NCBI GenBank assembly: GCA_964187785.1
Contig: OZ076409.1
Location: 28,460,001 to 28,524,000 of the forward strand
Source: Amphiscolops sp. MND2022
Lineage: Eukaryota
DNA: 64,000 nt
Direction of reading: 5' to 3'
Shown: one piece after another, positions 58,701-64,000 of the stretch
Layout of the letters: each line of letters begins with the position of its first letter
Position numbering within the stretch: the stretch's first letter is position 1
Program-made: the position numbers and the translations under genes
Notes under the pieces: model-generated
The model's database searches: none
Told to the model about the DNA's origin: nothing
The model's input: only the letters and a program-made list of their open reading frames with translations

Positions 58701-59821
58701 GAGACTCAGCGTTCTTTGTTTACGGACAATATTGCCGTTTTGTCAGGAGGTTATGCCACCGAGCCATTCTACCCAAGTGCATCCCGGGGGACGTTGAGTG
58801 GACCAAATTGCTCCAGCTATGTCCTGATGATTTGAGGCAGTTGTCTTGTCGCGATTTCCTGAGTCGGCTCAAGCTGGATGTCGATCTCGATGCTGCTTGT
58901 CTAGCTAAGTTGAAACGTTTTCCCGCTGACAAGTCTTCCACTCTTAGTCTGGAAGAGTTAGCTGCCAAAGAGAAGGAAAGGTTCGGGATGGAGGCCCGCG
59001 CGTATAATGTCTCTTTGCTGGTGACTTTGCTGGAAGACATCCATTTTACTGCCGATATAGTGCATGGAATGGGTTGTTTCGACCCACATGTGTTACTCTC
59101 TCTGCCTTTAGAGCAAGCTACTTTTTGCTTCAACGCACTCTTCAATAGTTTTCACCTCCGTGGTTGGGTGGGCATGTCTGTCAAGCCTGATTACCAGGAA
59201 GAATACTTTGAGTTTATTGACCTTTTCCGAAGCACCTGTGGGACGGTCAAAAATGCCCCTCACACAATTGGAGATATGCTGGACTTCCTCATCGCTATGC
59301 CTTCGTTCCGGAGCCGTTCGAGGCTCTTCCATCTCTTCCGATTGTGTTGTCTTTGCATCACTGAGTCCCATCAAGAACTCCCTGCCATCAAGTTCCATGG
59401 CGTCGATACCTCCAGCTCCAATTGTCGACTTGCTGCAGTGATTCTGCCGGCTCAGTCGTATTTGACAAATTGTCCTGATGCTATTTCTACATGTACGACA
59501 GAAACCGCTTTGGCCCAATATCGTGAGTTAGAAGGGCAATTCAGTTCCAGACATTTCGCTGGAGATCCTTGGGTTCACGCTGACATGTTTGGCCGTGCTG
59601 AATTCTTGAAGAAGCTTAGCAGTTCTTTTAAGCAGTTGAAAAGTACTCCTATTGTCGGCATTAGTACTGCGTCACGCTCGTCCTCTGTATCGACTACTGC
59701 TGTACGGAAAATTAATTGGGCTGCAGGCCAAGCACAGAAACTTGCCTATTTCGGAGATCTCCCTGCTGAAGAACTTTCAAAGACAGTGCAAGAATTGCGA
59801 GAGGGCTCATCTAAAGACTAA
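55774..59821 (+). CDS. Spliced ~1195-aa zinc-finger protein, probably hAT-transposase-derived. Exons 55774-57492, 57578-58072, 58202-58336 (or -58381), 58433-58514, 58665-59821
   Basis: Four GT-AG introns with matching phases (0,0,0,1) join four ORF-track fragments into one frame; NLS PPRKRRK; CMLC...H...H finger at 57031-57111; AATAAA near 59990; likely 5' UTR intron 55581-55771. Confidence 0.8.
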
Positions 59822-60020
59822 ATGTACATAATGTACATTTGCCATACTAGTCTTTCGATTTGTAAATTTCAGTTGGTTTTCGTTTTCTTTGTTTTACATG
59901 TCTTCTGTTTGTATATTTATATAGTTAGTCTTGTCAGTAACATAAAGTCAGAGTGGTCCCAGTAAAAAACATGCCTTCTTAGGCAGTAAAATAAATAGGG
60001 ACATAATTTAACATTTCTGA

Positions 60021-63000
60021 CTAGTATCTGTATTCGTCAGTATAGTTGGGGGTGGGGTTAGGACGAAGGTTATATTTCCCTCCTCTAGGGCTAGAGGTTT
60101 CATTTACATTTTCATCTAATTCATCTTTCGATATTCCGGGCACGGTAATATCCTCCCCCGTTTTTGGAGAATTTTGTAGATCAGTTATTTCGTTCGTGAC
60201 GTCATCATTTTCTGAATGATTAGGCGTATCATTGAGATTTTGTCTATCTCGGCTTGCGGCCGTGCTCGGCCTTTCGGTTTCATCTTGCTGTTCATCTCTC
60301 ACTGGAGAGTCGGTGACGTCAGTTTGTTCTCGCGTAATTGTTACTTCGCGGCTAGTGGCCGGTTGCGTCCTTTGCGCGTCGTCATCAGCGTTGTCATTAA
60401 TGACGTCATCAGTGTTGGTAGTATTCTGATTGTCGTCCCGTCTCGTCTCAAAGACTTGGTAATCAAAATCAGCTTCCCATGAAATAGTATATAAGTCGTC
60501 TTGTGGTATAACTATTTCGTCATCCGGCTGTAATTTCTCTTTAGAGTATTTGTCCTCTAAGGGCGTGTTTGGGACGAACTTTTTCAATCTGATGCGATGT
60601 AAAATTTGTGTTTTGTTTGTGTTTAAGCGACGGACTATATAGTTGTCATTAGGTAATACTTTTTCAATCACATAAGGACCAATCCATCTATAGTCCCTGA
60701 ACGGTATTTTTGATCCTTGGTTATCTGCCTTTGGTTGCAGTATAAAACAAAAATCTTTTTCGCTCAAAGGGGCTGCTTTGGCTTTGCGGTCATAATATTC
60801 CTTGTATTTCAAGTATGACTGCATTATGTTTTTCTTCGTCTGGTCGATAAGGACTTTTGTTCTTTGTTGTAATTCTTCCGCAAATTCTGTAGTTGGTGCA
60901 AACTCTCGATTGGGATTATTTCCAAGTTTGTGATCTAGGACATTATAGGGAATGCGGCCGTGGAAGACTTTACTTGGTTCACAACCTATACTTGAATGAT
61001 AGGTTGTGTTGTAGTTAAGTACTGCTAACGGCAGATATTTGTGCCATTGACGGCGGTATTCCCCGGAGGCCATCTTTAGATTTGTTTTCAATGAGGCGTG
61101 AGTCCTTTCGAGTTTGCCAATTGTTTGCGGGTGCTTCGTAGTGGCACATTTAAGTGTTATGCCCAAAATGCGTGTTATTTCTGCTACTATAATTGAAGTA
61201 AATGCTGAACCTTTGTCAGTGATGAGTGTTGTTGGCAAATATGTATGTTTTGTCATTATATCAATTATCACTTTTGCCGTGTTGGCCGCTGTGGCTTCAG
61301 TTAGCGGGTAAGCGAACAAATATCGTGAAAAAACATCTATTGCTGTCATCACTGTCTGGTAGCCTCCGCTAATCGGTAAATTTGGCAACAGGTCTATCTG
61401 CATGGCATCTTCCGGCCCAAGGTCCCATTCGGGCAGGTTGAGTAACTCAGGTGTTATTGAGTCATTTGGTACCCGTTTGTCTTTCGCACAAATTTCACAT
61501 CCTTCTACCCATCTTTTAACATGTTTTGCAATTCCGGGGTAGTAGTATTTTTGGCGAATCTCCTGTAGCATTTTGGATATGCCTGGGTGTTTATGGGCAG
61601 TGCCATGTAATGCTCGTAGTAGTTCAGTCAATAAGTGTTTCGGTAAGAGAATTTGATGATATTTGACTTGGCCAGTTTCATCATAGTATAGCCTTGTGAT
61701 TATTTCTTCTTTGAGGACAAGTCGGTCCCAATTGTTAAGGTAATGTTTATATCTATAGTCTTGCAGTAATATTTCTTCTGAAAATTCTTCATTTTGCATT
61801 TTGGCTTTGAGTTGCGACAAAGTTGGATCCATGGACTGTTCTAGTAGGATTTGATTCGTCCTACGCAGTCTCTGGCTAAAGTTAGTTATTTTGTCAACCG
61901 AGTTTTCGGATATTGCATCTATGTGTATGACTGCGTCCGTATTTTGATGGGTGTTACGGCGTTGGTTTTTGCGTTCCCAAATTTGTGCTTCCGTTTCGTC
62001 GTCATCTTCAGTAAAGAAAACTTGTTCTTCCTCTGATACCCCTGCTGACTGGACATTGACCTCAATGGGCCTTGTTTCAACGTCCTCGCGGATTGTTAAG
62101 ACTAATTTCTCCTTGGGATCCATCTCCATGCGGGACAAGTAGTCCGCTGCGGTATTATTTTTCCCGGGAATGTGCGCGATAACAAAATTAAATTGTATGA
62201 CATAATCACACGCATTCCACAATGCCGGGGGTATTATCTTCGTTTGGAAGAATCTAGTTACCGATTTGTTGTCCGTAAGGATCGTGATCGGCTTGGGTGT
62301 TCCCCAGAATATATGCCCGAACTCTTTGAATGCGTAAAATATCGCTAAGAATTCTTTGGCGTATATAGACATTTTCAATTGAGAAGGAGTAAATGTTTTG
62401 GATCCATAGGCTATTGGTGCGTATGATTTCCTGACAGATGTGAATTTTTGGTTTGGGTCGTCTTCTGTGAGTATTGCATATCCTGCTGCCAAGAAGCTAG
62501 CATCGGTCATGAGGACCAGCTGGGTGTTGGGCAATGGTTGTTTTAATGCTAGTTGGCTGCATCTGTCAAGGTCCTTGTTGATTTCATTGAATTGTTGTAC
62601 TAGTTCGTTTGTCACTAGAACCTTCTCGTCCTTTTTGAGGAGTTGGAAAAATGGCGCTAATTTCTCCGATAATCGTGGGATGTAGTTCCTGTAATAATTC
62701 AGGAAACCCAGATATCGTTGCAGGGCCTTTTTGGATTTTGGGAATTTTGTTTTCTCCAGAAAGGTAGTTATTCGTTCTTTCTGTGGTTTCACTCCTTCAG
62801 GGGTAATTGTCCTTCCGAGGAAATCTATTTCCGTTGCCCCAAAATGGCATTTGTGCATTGTTAGCTTTAGTCCAGCTTTGCGTATGCACTCGAATGTTGC
62901 TCTGAGGTTTTTGAGTAGATGGTCAGCGTCGTTGGCGGCTATGCCTATGTCGTCCACATATTGCGCGCATTGGTCTGCTTTAATAACTTTGTCCAGGTAT

Positions 63001-64000
63001 TCGCGCATAAAGCTTGAAAAGGCCGATAGGGATCGACTGAGACCTTGGGCAAGTCTTCGATAGGCAAACGTTCTACTGGCAAAATTAAATGCCAGCATTT
63101 CGATTGATCTTTGGTCCGCCATTGGAAGACAGTGGTAGGCTTGGGAACAATCGAGTTTGCAGAAGAGTTTCTTGCCTGCCATGTGTTGCGCCGCGTCCGT
63201 GAGAGTGCTCACAGGATGGTTGTTGTTGATGTAGTCGTCTGAGATGAGGTTATTGATTTTCCTCAAATCGACTAGTAGGCGTAGTTTCCCATTAGGTTTT
63301 TTCTGTGCGAATATGGGACTGGCGTATTTCGAAAATGGCAGTGTAGTTATTATGCCATATTTGTGTAAGAGGGCCAATTCGACAAGTATGTCCTCTTTTA
63401 AATTGACTGGAGTTGGAAGACTTTGGCTGTAAGCGGGCGAATCGTCCTTAGGGGTCAATTTGACCGTGAATTCTTCATTCATTCCGATGTCAAATCTATG
63501 TCGTGCAAAGATGTCATGGAATTCTACCAGGAGCGATTCTATTTTCTTGATCTCATGTTGTTGTAGCATGGAGTCTTTCCAATCGAAGTTGTCAAGGAAT
63601 TTTTGTCTAGATATGTCATTTTGCTGTGGGTCAAGTTCCTCGGCTTCTTGTAAGTTACGTAATTCCCGCAATATTCGTGCTTGAATTGGTGTGTGGGAAT
63701 TTTCATCTCCTGGGTTCTCCGGAGTTGGGAACCAGTATTGTTCATATTGGTCGTTGTTTTTATTTGCTTTTAATAGACTGCTGACATAATAAATCGCGTC
63801 TTCTTCGTTTTCGTTCAGCAAGTGCCAAGTGGACACAGGGTCTATTGGTTTGACATGTTTCATTTGCTCCGGGGTTAATACTGAGAAATTTGCTATATGC
63901 AGACCCTTTTTAAGTTTGAATGGTTGATCTGTAAAATTATTGATATGGAAACTTGTAGATCCTTCTGCCAAAGTGACAATTGCGGCACAAAATGTGATGT
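60021..64000 (-). CDS. pol: Pol (RT, RNase H, integrase) of element C, 5'-truncated by the window
   Basis: RT LVDLRKIN and QYVDD; RNase H MTDAS; integrase HHCC, QIDLL/TDKGS/KLERTH and GPY; uninterrupted frame. Confidence 0.97.
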   Translation of the reverse strand, partial: ITFCAAIVTLAEGSTSFHINNFTDQPFKLKKGLHIANFSVLTPEQMKHVKPIDPVSTWHLLNENEEDAIYYVSSLLKANKNNDQYEQYWFPTPENPGDENSHTPIQARILRELRNLQEAEELDPQQNDISRQKFLDNFDWKDSMLQQHEIKKIESLLVEFHDIFARHRFDIGMNEEFTVKLTPKDDSPAYSQSLPTPVNLKEDILVELALLHKYGIITTLPFSKYASPIFAQKKPNGKLRLLVDLRKINNLISDDYINNNHPVSTLTDAAQHMAGKKLFCKLDCSQAYHCLPMADQRSIEMLAFNFASRTFAYRRLAQGLSRSLSAFSSFMREYLDKVIKADQCAQYVDDIGIAANDADHLLKNLRATFECIRKAGLKLTMHKCHFGATEIDFLGRTITPEGVKPQKERITTFLEKTKFPKSKKALQRYLGFLNYYRNYIPRLSEKLAPFFQLLKKDEKVLVTNELVQQFNEINKDLDRCSQLALKQPLPNTQLVLMTDASFLAAGYAILTEDDPNQKFTSVRKSYAPIAYGSKTFTPSQLKMSIYAKEFLAIFYAFKEFGHIFWGTPKPITILTDNKSVTRFFQTKIIPPALWNACDYVIQFNFVIAHIPGKNNTAADYLSRMEMDPKEKLVLTIREDVETRPIEVNVQSAGVSEEEQVFFTEDDDETEAQIWERKNQRRNTHQNTDAVIHIDAISENSVDKITNFSQRLRRTNQILLEQSMDPTLSQLKAKMQNEEFSEEILLQDYRYKHYLNNWDRLVLKEEIITRLYYDETGQVKYHQILLPKHLLTELLRALHGTAHKHPGISKMLQEIRQKYYYPGIAKHVKRWVEGCEICAKDKRVPNDSITPELLNLPEWDLGPEDAMQIDLLPNLPISGGYQTVMTAIDVFSRYLFAYPLTEATAANTAKVIIDIMTKHTYLPTTLITDKGSAFTSIIVAEITRILGITLKCATTKHPQTIGKLERTHASLKTNLKMASGEYRRQWHKYLPLAVLNYNTTYHSSIGCEPSKVFHGRIPYNVLDHKLGNNPNREFAPTTEFAEELQQRTKVLIDQTKKNIMQSYLKYKEYYDRKAKAAPLSEKDFCFILQPKADNQGSKIPFRDYRWIGPYVIEKVLPNDNYIVRRLNTNKTQILHRIRLKKFVPNTPLEDKYSKEKLQPDDEIVIPQDDLYTISWEADFDYQVFETRRDDNQNTTNTDDVINDNADDDAQRTQPATSREVTITREQTDVTDSPVRDEQQDETERPSTAASRDRQNLNDTPNHSENDDVTNEITDLQNSPKTGEDITVPGISKDELDENVNETSSPRGGKYNLRPNPTPNYTDEYRY

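Larger units (their letters stand above)
52117..64000 (-). mobile_element. Ty3/Gypsy element C, 3' portion (continues beyond the window)
   Basis: Intact pol, ~7 kb accessory region and a probable LTR. Confidence 0.85.

Overview
Eukaryotic, almost certainly invertebrate animal, DNA (species not determinable here) made nearly entirely of nested transposable elements; no host gene recognised. There are four Ty3/Gypsy-type LTR retroelements. (D) Decayed, minus strand, ~1-8 kb. (A) Complete 17.8-kb element, 13356-31155, with 413-bp LTRs, CAAT target duplication and a complex-retrovirus-like layout: hydrophobic uORF, gag-pol, a late-domain ORF, a chuvirus/herpes-gB-like (class III) envelope and two further ORFs; disrupted by stops and frameshifts. 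(B) Minus strand, with an intact 3255-aa Gag-Pol (duplicated protease region, AT-hooks, tandem macrodomain-like tail) and a 1455-aa ORF containing an SGNH-like fold. (C) Minus strand, running off the right edge; it carries an antisense, intron-containing, zinc-finger/hAT-transposase-like gene and a SUMO-interacting-motif ORF. A homologous antisense gene sits at the same position in D, suggesting a conserved accessory module. Also present: three non-autonomous CCC...GGG DNA transposons with 2-bp TSDs and a ~178-bp tandem array. All domain calls are by-eye motif recognition; no searches were run.
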